DNA of 63,089 nucleotides, the filler included, from Actinomycetales bacterium (GTDB lineage: Bacteria; Actinomycetota; Actinomycetes; Actinomycetales; CAVURS01), in NCBI GenBank assembly GCA_045807245.1. It is 5 parts of 5 records of this genome, joined end to end, with 100 filler letters (N's around TTAATTAATTAA, not from the genome) between each part and the next. Parts side by side here need not be neighbours in the genome. Positions count along the whole stretch, not along the records: positions 1 to 19,970 come from JBJMHS010000012.1; 4 more parts are not named here. One strand, written 5' to 3'. A program made the position numbers and the translations under genes. This document shows positions 1 to 10,760 of the stretch, one piece after another. Under the pieces are notes generated by a model. It did not search any database. It saw only the letters and a program-made list of their open reading frames with translations, and was not told where the DNA came from. Position 1 is the stretch's first letter. Each line of letters begins with the position of its first letter.

Positions 1-1519
<1,519 letters not shown>

Positions 1520-1537
1520 GTCCAGCGCAACGCACAC

Positions 1538-1575
1538 CGAACGGGCCCTCGTCCATCAGGACGAGGGCCCGTTCG
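1538..1575. terminator. Intrinsic terminator hairpin between convergent groEL and WXG100 genes
   Basis: 17-bp perfect stem cgaacgggccctcgtcc / ggacgagggcccgttcg with 4-nt loop atca. Confidence 0.85.
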
Positions 1576-1588
1576 TCTCCCGCCCGGA

Positions 1589-1879
1589 CTACGCGAACAT
1601 CGCCGCGTTGTGCTCCTCGGCCGCGGCGTACTCCTGGCCCGCCTGGGCCAGCAGGCGGCCGATGTGGTCGAGCGCCTCGCGGACCCGGGCCTGGGTGCCG
1701 CGCCACTCGTGGGTCACGGCCTGGAAGCGGCTGGCCGCCGTTCCCCGCCACGCGTCCTGCAGCCCGGTCAACCGAGCCATCATCGCGCTGACCTGGGCGT
1801 CGATGTCCGCGCCGATCCGGTTGATGTCGCCGGAGGCCGCGGTGATCCGGCCGGTGTCGACCTGGAACGCACTGCTCAT
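1589..1879 (-). CDS. WXG100 (ESAT-6-like) family protein, 96 aa
   Basis: MSSAFQVD... ~100-aa helical protein with central W-R-G motif and YAAAE C-terminal motif; ATG at 1879. Confidence 0.9.
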   Translation of the reverse strand: MSSAFQVDTGRITAASGDINRIGADIDAQVSAMMARLTGLQDAWRGTAASRFQAVTHEWRGTQARVREALDHIGRLLAQAGQEYAAAEEHNAAMFA

Positions 1880-2110
1880 GAGCCTGCCCCTTCTCGTTGG
1901 CATGTCCCGCGGGGCTGCGCGGGTGCGCAGGCCCCTCCCCGAGGCTAGGAGCAGCGCGCTCGCCGTACCGGTTCGTCCACAGCGCGTGTCCGGGACGCGG
2001 CCGAACGGCTGACGTTCGTCCCCAGCTGTGCGGGACGCGGTCGTGAGCGCCCTGCGGCGCGGGTTAGGGTGCCGGGGCAGCGGCCAGATCGGCCGTTCAG
2101 GGGGATTCAC

Positions 2111-2899
2111 ATGACCGGGCAACACCTGGATTTCTTGCGTGCGCTGCACGCTGCCCGCGCCGGCGACGCCGACGCGTTCGGCGAGCTCTGGCGGATGACC
2201 GGCCCACGGCTGGACCGGTACCTGACCGTCGCCGCGGGCGACCTGGCCGAGGAGGTGGCCACGTCGACCTGGCTCGTCGTCGCTGCCGGGTTGCGGTCGT
2301 TCGCCGGTGACGAGCGGGCGTTCCGTGGCGTGTTGGCCCGGATCGCGCGCGGGGAGGCCCTGGCCCGGCGCCGGCTCGAACGGCGAGAGCCCGTGGCCGG
2401 CCTGCCGTCGACGGCGGGGCCGCTGGCGGTGCTCAGCCCGGACGTCGCGGAGATGGTCGCCCTGCGCATCGTGATCGGCATGGACACGCGCGAGACGGCG
2501 GGCCTGCTCGGCACCCGTCCCGGATTCGTCACGGTGGCTGTCCACGGCGGGCTCCGCCGGGCCACCGCAGCGGCCCATCCCGGCTCGGCGGCGCTGAACC
2601 TGCCCAACCCGTGGCAGCTGGACGGCCTGCTGGACGGGCTCACCGCCCGGGACCGGTACGCCACAGCTGGGCTGTCGGTGCGGTCGGACCTGCCCGTGCT
2701 ACCTCTGCTGCACCCGGCCGTGCGCCGGCTCCTCGCTGCGCTCACCGAGCCCGGTCCCGCCGGAGAGCCCGCCCAGCTGGCCGCGGCCTGTGAGGTCTTC
2801 CACCGCAGCGTCCGGCGCTCGGTCGTCGTACCGGGCTCCGCGCTCAGCCGGGTCACCGCGGCCGGTGGCCCGTACGTCCGTCCGCAACCGTCGTTCTGA
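2111..2899 (+). CDS. ECF-type sigma factor-like protein with C-terminal extension
   Basis: AARAGDADAFGELWR..PRLDRYL (region 2); LSPDVAEMVALR..ETAGLLG..VTVAVHGGLRR (region 4); purine-rich RBS before ATG 2111. Confidence 0.7.
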   Translation: MTGQHLDFLRALHAARAGDADAFGELWRMTGPRLDRYLTVAAGDLAEEVATSTWLVVAAGLRSFAGDERAFRGVLARIARGEALARRRLERREPVAGLPSTAGPLAVLSPDVAEMVALRIVIGMDTRETAGLLGTRPGFVTVAVHGGLRRATAAAHPGSAALNLPNPWQLDGLLDGLTARDRYATAGLSVRSDLPVLPLLHPAVRRLLAALTEPGPAGEPAQLAAACEVFHRSVRRSVVVPGSALSRVTAAGGPYVRPQPSF

Positions 2900-2933
2900 G
2901 GGGTCGGCCGAGGGAACCCCTACGCTCGCTCGG

Positions 2934-3197
2934 GTGACGGTGCTCGTCGACCCACCGCGCTGGCCGGCCCACGGCCGGTTGTGGAGCCATCTGGTCAGCG
3001 ATGCGTCCATCGAGGAGCTGCACGCCTTCGCCGCGCGCGTCGGCATACCGGACCGTGCCTTCGACGAGGACCACTACGACATCCCGCAGGAGCGGTACGC
3101 CGAGGCGGTCCGGGCCGGAGCGCTCCCGGTGGACGGGCACGAGCTGGTCCGGCGGCTGATCGCCAGCGGCCTGCGCATCCGGGCCCGCGACCGCTGA
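2934..3197 (+). CDS. DUF4031 family protein
   Basis: VLVDPPRWPAHGRLWSHLVSD..ELHAFA..DHYDIP signature; GTG start. Confidence 0.85.
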   Translation: MTVLVDPPRWPAHGRLWSHLVSDASIEELHAFAARVGIPDRAFDEDHYDIPQERYAEAVRAGALPVDGHELVRRLIASGLRIRARDR

Positions 3198-3216
3198 CCC
3201 ATTCCGAGGGCCGAGC

Positions 3217-3894
3217 TCACCCACCGGCCGACAGGTCGTCCACCTCGCCGGCGAGGTTGGCCCGCGCGGCCGCTTCCCAGGCCGAGTACGCCGTCGGCGT
3301 GCGGTAGATCCGCGGACGGTCCACGAACCCGCGCAGGATCTCCGCCCGCGCCGGCCGGAAGACCTCGTCGGGGACGTGGGCGTACTCGCTGCGCACGTCG
3401 GCCACGTACTCCGCGTAGCGCTGGGGGGAGGCGGCCAGGATCGCCAGGTCCGCGTCGTACAGGACCTCGGCGTCCGCCACCCGTGGTGCTGACGGGTCGT
3501 CGCTGCGGACGTCGTGGTGCGCCGTCCCGCGCACCAGGCCCGCGACCGCCGCGACGGTGCCGCCGGGCCGGTCACCGAGCCGGTCCCGGACCCCGAGACC
3601 GGCGAGCACCCGCTCGGCCAGGCGGGCGCTGTCCTCCTCGTTCTGGGCCGGCGCCGCGGCCGGCTGGTAGACCGCGTCGTGGAACCACGCGGCCAGCTGG
3701 ACGGCGGGCAGGTCAGCTGCGTGCGCGGCGAGCGCGTCAACAGCGTCCAGCACCTCGGTCAGATGGCGCTGGTCGTGGTAGCGGCGCTGCGGCTCGGCGT
3801 ACCGCTCCAGGAGGTCCCGCCCGGCTGCTTCGGCCGCCTCGACCGGCGCGTCCGCGACCAGCGCCTTCCAGCGCGTCAGCAGCCGGGTCTGCAC
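3217..3894 (-). CDS. HD-superfamily metal-dependent phosphohydrolase
   Basis: RRYHDQRHL, AAWFHDAVY, DADLAIL, VRSEYAHV motifs. Confidence 0.88.
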   Translation of the reverse strand: MQTRLLTRWKALVADAPVEAAEAAGRDLLERYAEPQRRYHDQRHLTEVLDAVDALAAHAADLPAVQLAAWFHDAVYQPAAAPAQNEEDSARLAERVLAGLGVRDRLGDRPGGTVAAVAGLVRGTAHHDVRSDDPSAPRVADAEVLYDADLAILAASPQRYAEYVADVRSEYAHVPDEVFRPARAEILRGFVDRPRIYRTPTAYSAWEAAARANLAGEVDDLSAGG

Positions 3895-3932
3895 GGCGTC
3901 AGGGTAGTGACCGCCCCGGTAGCCTGGCGCCC

Positions 3933-4445
3933 ATGGGTCTGTCCCTCCCGCCTCCCGCCACGCTCGACCTGGTGGGCAGCTACGCCCGGCGCCGCGCGGA
4001 CACAGTCGAGCTCGTGCTCGCCCGTTCGGACCTCCCGGCCAGCAGTGACGCGCTGGTCGTGCGGCTGACCAAGAGCGTCCACGCCGTCACCGGTACGGCG
4101 CGGGTCCGGCAGACCGAGGACGGGTCCGACGTCGTCGCAACGATCCCGTCGGGCGCCTTGCGGGACGGCATATGGCAGATCGGGTTGGGGGCGCAGGGCG
4201 ACGACGAGTTCGCGCCGGTCTCCGCGCGGCTGCTGGTCCAGGGCCCGCGGCCCGTGGTCCTGCTGTGGGGCGAGAAGGGTACGGCGTCGCGGCTGCCCGC
4301 CGTGCGGCCCACTCGGACCGTCGCGCGTCGAGCGGCCACGGCCGGTGGCAAGGCGCTGGATGCCGGCCTGCGCGTCCTGCCGGCGCGGCAGGCGGACAAG
4401 GTGCGCTCGACGCTGCGCAAGGCGGCGCGCACCGTTCTGCACTGA
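3933..4445 (+). CDS. Hypothetical protein
   Basis: ATG 3933, GC-rich third positions, fills the gap between flanking genes. Confidence 0.6.
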   Translation: MGLSLPPPATLDLVGSYARRRADTVELVLARSDLPASSDALVVRLTKSVHAVTGTARVRQTEDGSDVVATIPSGALRDGIWQIGLGAQGDDEFAPVSARLLVQGPRPVVLLWGEKGTASRLPAVRPTRTVARRAATAGGKALDAGLRVLPARQADKVRSTLRKAARTVLH

Positions 4446-4545
4446 CGGCGTGACCCGACTGGCCTAGTCAGCACAGGGTCGGCCCATCGGGTGGAGGTCC
4501 GGCCCGGGACTCAAGAGGCTCCTGAGCAGCGACGAGACGTCTGAC

Positions 4546-5292
4546 ATGACCGGTCGGATCTCGTTCACCAACACGGCGTCGTTCGACACGTCCTCCGGCG
4601 CTGGCCCGGCGTACGACTTCATCGCCCGGGCCAAGCCCGCGACGATCTCGTCGAACGCGACCTTCGCCAGCGCCCCGCTGCCGAGCGAGGCGGCGCCGAC
4701 CCTTGCGGCCGCCTATGTGCCCGGCAAACCCCGTGGGTTCACGACGCCGGTCAAGCTCGTCATCGCCGCGATCCTGGTCCTCGGCTTCGCCGTCCTCGCC
4801 GTCGCGGGTGGCTCGGTCCTGTGGAGGTCCTACCAGGACCACCACCGCAGCGAGCTCGTGAAGGCAACCTCGATCGTCCTGCCGCCCAGCATCGTCGGCA
4901 TGAACAAGCGCGGTGGCGTCGTCCAGGCGCAGGTCGACAAGCTGCTGAACCAGGTGAGCACTCCCGCGCCCGCGCAGGGCGCGGCCTACGTCGCGACCAA
5001 GTCGCGCGTCGCGTTGGTCGTCGCGGGCACCTACGCGATGAGCGACCGGGACCAGAGCGAGTACCTCACCAGCGTCACCGACTCGGCCCGCGCGATGGGC
5101 ATCACGCTCGGCCGGGTGGACGCCGGCCGGCTCGGCGGCCACATGCTCTGCGGCAGCAAGCCGGGCGGCACCCAGACGATGTGCGCGTTCACCGACGTCG
5201 CGGCGTACGGCGTCGTCGTCGTCCCGGGTACGGGGTCCGGCGGCCTCACCACGGCCGGTGCCTTCCGCACAGCCGTCGAGCGCCGGAGCTGA
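4546..5292 (+). CDS. Hypothetical single-pass membrane protein
   Basis: TM segment LVIAAILVLGFAVLAVAGGSVLW; C-terminal GRLGGHMLC..C domain. Confidence 0.75.
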   Translation: MTGRISFTNTASFDTSSGAGPAYDFIARAKPATISSNATFASAPLPSEAAPTLAAAYVPGKPRGFTTPVKLVIAAILVLGFAVLAVAGGSVLWRSYQDHHRSELVKATSIVLPPSIVGMNKRGGVVQAQVDKLLNQVSTPAPAQGAAYVATKSRVALVVAGTYAMSDRDQSEYLTSVTDSARAMGITLGRVDAGRLGGHMLCGSKPGGTQTMCAFTDVAAYGVVVVPGTGSGGLTTAGAFRTAVERRS

Positions 5293-5357
5293 CGCTCCGA
5301 CGCTCGACGCAGGTTCCGGCGCATCCGGCCTAGCCGGCGCATCCGGCCTACCCGGCC

Positions 5358-6674
<1,317 letters not shown>

Positions 6675-6743
6675 CTCGTCCTCACCGTGCTGGTCCTGGC
6701 TTTGCGGGTCCACGAAAGCCCACCCCTCTTGACCGCTGCTGAC

Positions 6744-8270
6744 TTATGGCTGGGAGTTCACTGTGAGCGCTGCATCCTGGGCGTCCTGAGGCTGTGGTCC
6801 ATCGGGATCCGGCCGTGCGGGGAGCTCCACGACGAAGGTCGCTCCGCCTCCCTGCGTCTGGGTCACGCCGACCCGGCCGTCGTGCGCCGCGACGATCGCC
6901 GCGACGATGGCCAGCCCCAGTCCGGTCCCCCCGCCACGCCCGCGCGTGCGCGAGGGATCGGCGCGGAAGAACCGCTCGAAGACCCGGCTCACCTGCTCCG
7001 GGTCGATGCCCGGGCCGTGGTCGCGCACCTCGAGCAGCACGCCCGCGCTGCCCGGGTGCCGGTCCGCCGGGTCCAGGTCAGCGCTCACCGGAGCCGGACC
7101 GACGGCGATCTCGATCGGCGAGCCGGGGGGCGTGTGGCTCACGGCGTTGGCCATCAGGTTCGTGACGACCTGGCGCAGCCGGCGCTCGTCGCCGGGCACC
7201 TCGGTCGGGCCGAGCTGGCCGTTCGTCCCGAGCAAGGTGATCGTGCGGTCGGGTGCGATGGCGCGCGTGTCCTGCACCGCGTCGGCGGCGATGACCGTCA
7301 GGTCCACCGGCTCCGTGCGCGAGGGACGCTCCTCGTCCAGTCGCGCGAGCAGCAGCAGGTCCTCGACCAGCAGCCCCATCCGGGCCGCCTCGTCCTCGAT
7401 CCGGCGCATGGCGCTCGCCACGTCCTCGGGGTCGCTGACGGCGCCCTGGCGGTAGAGCTCGGCGTAGCCGCGCACCGCCGCCAGCGGCGTGCGCAGCTCG
7501 TGGCTCGCGTCGGCGACGAACTGGCGCATCCGTGCCTCGGACGCCGCCCGCTGGCCGAAAGCGTGCTCGATCTGCGCGAGCATGCCGTTGAGGCTCCGCG
7601 AGAGCAGGCCGACCTCCGTGGTCACCGGCTGCTCCGGGACGCGCCGGGTCAGGTCGCCAGCCGCGATGGCGCCGGCCACCGCCTCGACCTCACGCAGCGG
7701 GCGCAGCGACCGCCGTACCACGACGAAGCCGAGCCCCACCATCGAGCACAGGACGGCGATGCCGACCCCGATCTCGATCAGCCACAGGGTGTGCACCGGG
7801 CCCTCGACCCCGCTCAACGGGATGGCCACGGCCAGGCTGCCCGGAGTCTGATCGCCGTCGCTGGTGATGGTCACCGGGATCACGCTGACCCGCCAGTGGG
7901 TCGAGCCGCTGACCGAGTCGACCGTGAACGGGTGCGGGCCGTGGCGGCGGGCCTGGGCGTAGGTGTAGGTCGGGAAGCGCGGTGCATCGTCGTTCGACGG
8001 AGCGCCGAACGTCCGCTGGCCGCCGCCGTCGGGGTAGACCTGCGCGGCGAAGGACGTCGGGATGCGCACCGGCGAGTCCGGCTGCGGGATGCCGGTGCGC
8101 ACGATGCGGTCCACCGTCGTCGTGAGCTGGTCGTCGATCTGCCGGACCAGCAGGTTGCGCACGACCTCGACCGAGGCGATGCCGCTGATCGTGAGGGCCA
8201 CCACCACGAGGCCGGTCAGGACCGCGACCAGCCGCAGCCGCAGCGGGGCGGCCTTCGTGCGCCGGCTCAC
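6744..8270 (-). CDS. Sensor histidine kinase (HAMP-HisKA-HATPase), PhoR-like
   Basis: Two TMs, DASHELRTPL H-box, NLMANA, DHGPGI, FERFFR, GTGLGLAIV. Confidence 0.95.
   Translation of the reverse strand: MSRRTKAAPLRLRLVAVLTGLVVVALTISGIASVEVVRNLLVRQIDDQLTTTVDRIVRTGIPQPDSPVRIPTSFAAQVYPDGGGQRTFGAPSNDDAPRFPTYTYAQARRHGPHPFTVDSVSGSTHWRVSVIPVTITSDGDQTPGSLAVAIPLSGVEGPVHTLWLIEIGVGIAVLCSMVGLGFVVVRRSLRPLREVEAVAGAIAAGDLTRRVPEQPVTTEVGLLSRSLNGMLAQIEHAFGQRAASEARMRQFVADASHELRTPLAAVRGYAELYRQGAVSDPEDVASAMRRIEDEAARMGLLVEDLLLLARLDEERPSRTEPVDLTVIAADAVQDTRAIAPDRTITLLGTNGQLGPTEVPGDERRLRQVVTNLMANAVSHTPPGSPIEIAVGPAPVSADLDPADRHPGSAGVLLEVRDHGPGIDPEQVSRVFERFFRADPSRTRGRGGGTGLGLAIVAAIVAAHDGRVGVTQTQGGGATFVVELPARPDPDGPQPQDAQDAALTVNSQP
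6749..6766 (-). promoter_or_regulatory. Putative PhoP-type direct-repeat box upstream of htrA
   Basis: Minus strand TCACAGT-GAAC-TCCCAGC versus mycobacterial PhoP consensus TCACAGC-N4-TCACAGC. Confidence 0.6.
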
Positions 8271-8317
8271 GCGGTCGAACAGCCGCGAGATCGCCGTACC
8301 GGTGGAGGTGAGGGCGT

Positions 8318-9031
8318 TCAGGGGTGCTCCGGTGGCAGCCGCAGCACGTAGCCGACGCCGCGCTTGGTGTGGATGAGCGCCGGCTCCTCGGCGTCGACCT
8401 TGCGGCGCAGGTAGGAGATGTAGGACTCGACGATGCCGCTCTCGCCACGGAAGTCGTAGTCCCAGACGTGGTCCAGGATCTGGCTCTTGGACAGCACCCG
8501 GTTGGGGTTGAGCATGAGGTAGCGCAACAGCTTGAACTCGGTGGGGCTCAGCTCGATGTCCCGCCGCCCCCGGCGGACCTCGTGCGAGTCCTCGTCCAGG
8601 CTCAGGTCGGCGAAGACCAGCCGGCCGGCGTCGTCGGGGGACCCGCCACCGGTGCGGCGCAGCACCGCGCGGATCCGGGCGACGACCTCCTCGAGGCTGA
8701 ACGGCTTCGTGACGTAGTCGTCGCCGCCGACGGTCAGCCCGGTGACCTTGTCCTCCGTGCCGTCGCGGGCCGTGAGGAAGACGACCGGCACCTGGCGCCC
8801 CTGGTCGCGCAGCCGCCGGGTCACCGAGAAGCCGTCCATGTCCGGCAGCATGACGTCGAGCACGAGCAGGTCGGGCCGCTCGGACTCCGCGAGCCTCAGC
8901 GCGCTGGCGCCGTCGGCGGCCGTGTGCACCTCGAACCCGGCGAACCGCAGGCTGGTCGAGAGCAGCTCACGGATGTTCGGTTCGTCCTCGACCACGAGCA
9001 GACGGGCCTCGGGGCTGGCGTCGCGCGCCAT
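8318..9031 (-). CDS. OmpR-family response regulator, mycobacterial PhoP-like
   Basis: PEARLLVVEDE, LDVMLPDMDG, DDYVTKPF, VESYISYLRRK, TKRGVGY. Confidence 0.96.
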   Translation of the reverse strand: MARDASPEARLLVVEDEPNIRELLSTSLRFAGFEVHTAADGASALRLAESERPDLLVLDVMLPDMDGFSVTRRLRDQGRQVPVVFLTARDGTEDKVTGLTVGGDDYVTKPFSLEEVVARIRAVLRRTGGGSPDDAGRLVFADLSLDEDSHEVRRGRRDIELSPTEFKLLRYLMLNPNRVLSKSQILDHVWDYDFRGESGIVESYISYLRRKVDAEEPALIHTKRGVGYVLRLPPEHP

Positions 9032-9049
9032 GTAACCACCTCCGGGCCG

Positions 9050-9481
9050 TCATGGTGTTCCTCCTTCCTGGACGTTACCTGTGAGCAGGCTGCGTCTGCG
9101 CAGGAGGCTGGTCACGGCGGCTGCGGCATGGCGCACTCCTTCGTCGCCGACGACCAGGTCCGCGCCGCGCTCGTAGAGGTCGATGACGTAGGTCGGGTCG
9201 GCGTCGCGGCTGACGCTCACCAACAGGCTGGCCCCGGGGAACGCTGCCCGGAGCAGGTCGACGTCTTCGGGCTCGCCGCTGCTGGCCCAGACCAGGTCGG
9301 GGGCGCCGAGCCGGACCACCGCCTCGAGCAGCGGGAGCTCGCGCACCCGGACCGCGCGGTCGACCTGCTGGCCCACACACTGCGACAGCGTGGGCTCGGC
9401 CGAGAAGCTGCGGGTCACGTGCAGGACCTCGTACGGATGCTCGGCGCGGACTCTGGCTCGGTCCTGCAGCTGCAACGTCAT
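9050..9481 (-). CDS. Hypothetical protein resembling a degenerate receiver domain
   Basis: APDLVWA..FPGASLLV..GADLVV..SLLRR pattern; directly upstream of the response regulator. Confidence 0.6.
   Translation of the reverse strand: MTLQLQDRARVRAEHPYEVLHVTRSFSAEPTLSQCVGQQVDRAVRVRELPLLEAVVRLGAPDLVWASSGEPEDVDLLRAAFPGASLLVSVSRDADPTYVIDLYERGADLVVGDEGVRHAAAAVTSLLRRRSLLTGNVQEGGTP
9067..9084 (-). promoter_or_regulatory. Putative PhoP-type box upstream of the response regulator
   Basis: Minus strand TCACAGG-TAAC-GTCCAGG, 11-bp period. Confidence 0.45.
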
Positions 9482-9524
9482 GGCCGAACCTCATCCTGGG
9501 CGGCTGGGCTCGGCGTACATCCGT

Positions 9525-9542
9525 CCTGTGAGGTCCATGTGA
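9525..9542 (-). promoter_or_regulatory. Putative PhoP-type box upstream of the 9481 ORF
   Basis: Minus strand TCACATG-GACC-TCACAGG, 11-bp period. Confidence 0.55.
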
Positions 9543-9604
9543 GTGCTCCCCACCCCGCGCGGTGCTCCTGGCGGCCCGGTGATCGGCCTCCGTCGGAGGC
9601 GTGA

Positions 9605-10756
9605 TCACCGGGCGCCGGGGAGTACCGCGGCGTTGGGGGTACGGCGGGAGTCCAGGACGGCGGTCGCGGCCACGACGGCGGTGAGTACGCCGATCTCGGT
9701 GGCCCCGTCGACGGTGAGGCCCAGTACGGCGCAGGCCAGCACCGGTACGACGGCCAGCAGCCGGCCGGCCGCGCCCGGCAGGGCGAGCAGCCGCCGGAAG
9801 AGCGCCAGGCCGACCAGGTAGACGGCCACGCCGGACGGCAGGGCCCAGGCCGCCCAGGTCGGGAGGTGATGGTGGGGATGGGCCACGGCGGTCTCCAGCC
9901 CGGCCGCAGTGACCACGATGCCCGCGACCATGACCAGCACGCCGATGCTGTAGGCGAACAGCGCGGTCCGAGTGCGGCCCGCCTCGGACGTACCGCCGAG
10001 CGCCCGGGCGCCGGCTTCGTCATCGCGGTCGAAGTACAGCCACCAGAGTGCAGCAGCCAGCGCGAGGCCGAGCAGCGCCGTGATGACCGTCGCCGCGTCG
10101 TGCAGCCGGCCCTCCGCGCCGATGCCGAGATCCACGACCGACTCGCCCAACGCGATGATGATGATCAGCCCGTGCCGCTCGGCGAAGTGGGCCGGCCGCA
10201 GCTCGAAGCTGGACTCGACCCGCCGCGTCATCGCCGTGACGATCAGCCCGACGGCGGCGCCCCACAGCACGTAGTCCAGCCACGCGTGGGCCCATCCGGC
10301 GGCCAGCACGAGCAGGGCCATGCCGACGTTGAAGGGCAGGATCTGGAAGATCGCGCGGGCCGACTGGCGCGACTGCGCCTGGGTGAACAGCCCGCCGTGG
10401 ATCAGGACCATGCTCAGGTACGCCGCGCCGAAGATCACGCCGTCCGGACCGAAGGCACCCGGCACGGCGATGGCGGCGATGAGGAAGGCGGACATGCCCA
10501 GCAGCACGAGGATTCGCCGGGACGTGGACGCTGTCGCGACGTTGTTGGTCATCCAGGCGTAGCCGTCGTACATCCACCAGAGCACGATCAGCACCAGCGC
10601 GGCCTGCACCAGGTCGGCCGGCCCGCTGGCGTCGCGAACCACCGTGGTCAGCCGGGTGAGCGCGAAGACGAAGACCAGGTCAAAGAACAGCTCGAGCGTC
10701 GTGACGCCGGCGGTGTCCTCCAGGGTCGGCGCCCGCCCGTGCCGCCGCAACGTCAC
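9605..10756 (-). CDS. Low temperature requirement protein A (LtrA) family membrane protein
   Basis: VTTLELFFDLVFVFA, HFAERHGLIIIIALGES; multiple TMs; GTG start inferred. Confidence 0.9.
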   Translation of the reverse strand: MTLRRHGRAPTLEDTAGVTTLELFFDLVFVFALTRLTTVVRDASGPADLVQAALVLIVLWWMYDGYAWMTNNVATASTSRRILVLLGMSAFLIAAIAVPGAFGPDGVIFGAAYLSMVLIHGGLFTQAQSRQSARAIFQILPFNVGMALLVLAAGWAHAWLDYVLWGAAVGLIVTAMTRRVESSFELRPAHFAERHGLIIIIALGESVVDLGIGAEGRLHDAATVITALLGLALAAALWWLYFDRDDEAGARALGGTSEAGRTRTALFAYSIGVLVMVAGIVVTAAGLETAVAHPHHHLPTWAAWALPSGVAVYLVGLALFRRLLALPGAAGRLLAVVPVLACAVLGLTVDGATEIGVLTAVVAATAVLDSRRTPNAAVLPGAR

Positions 10757-10760
10757 CGGC

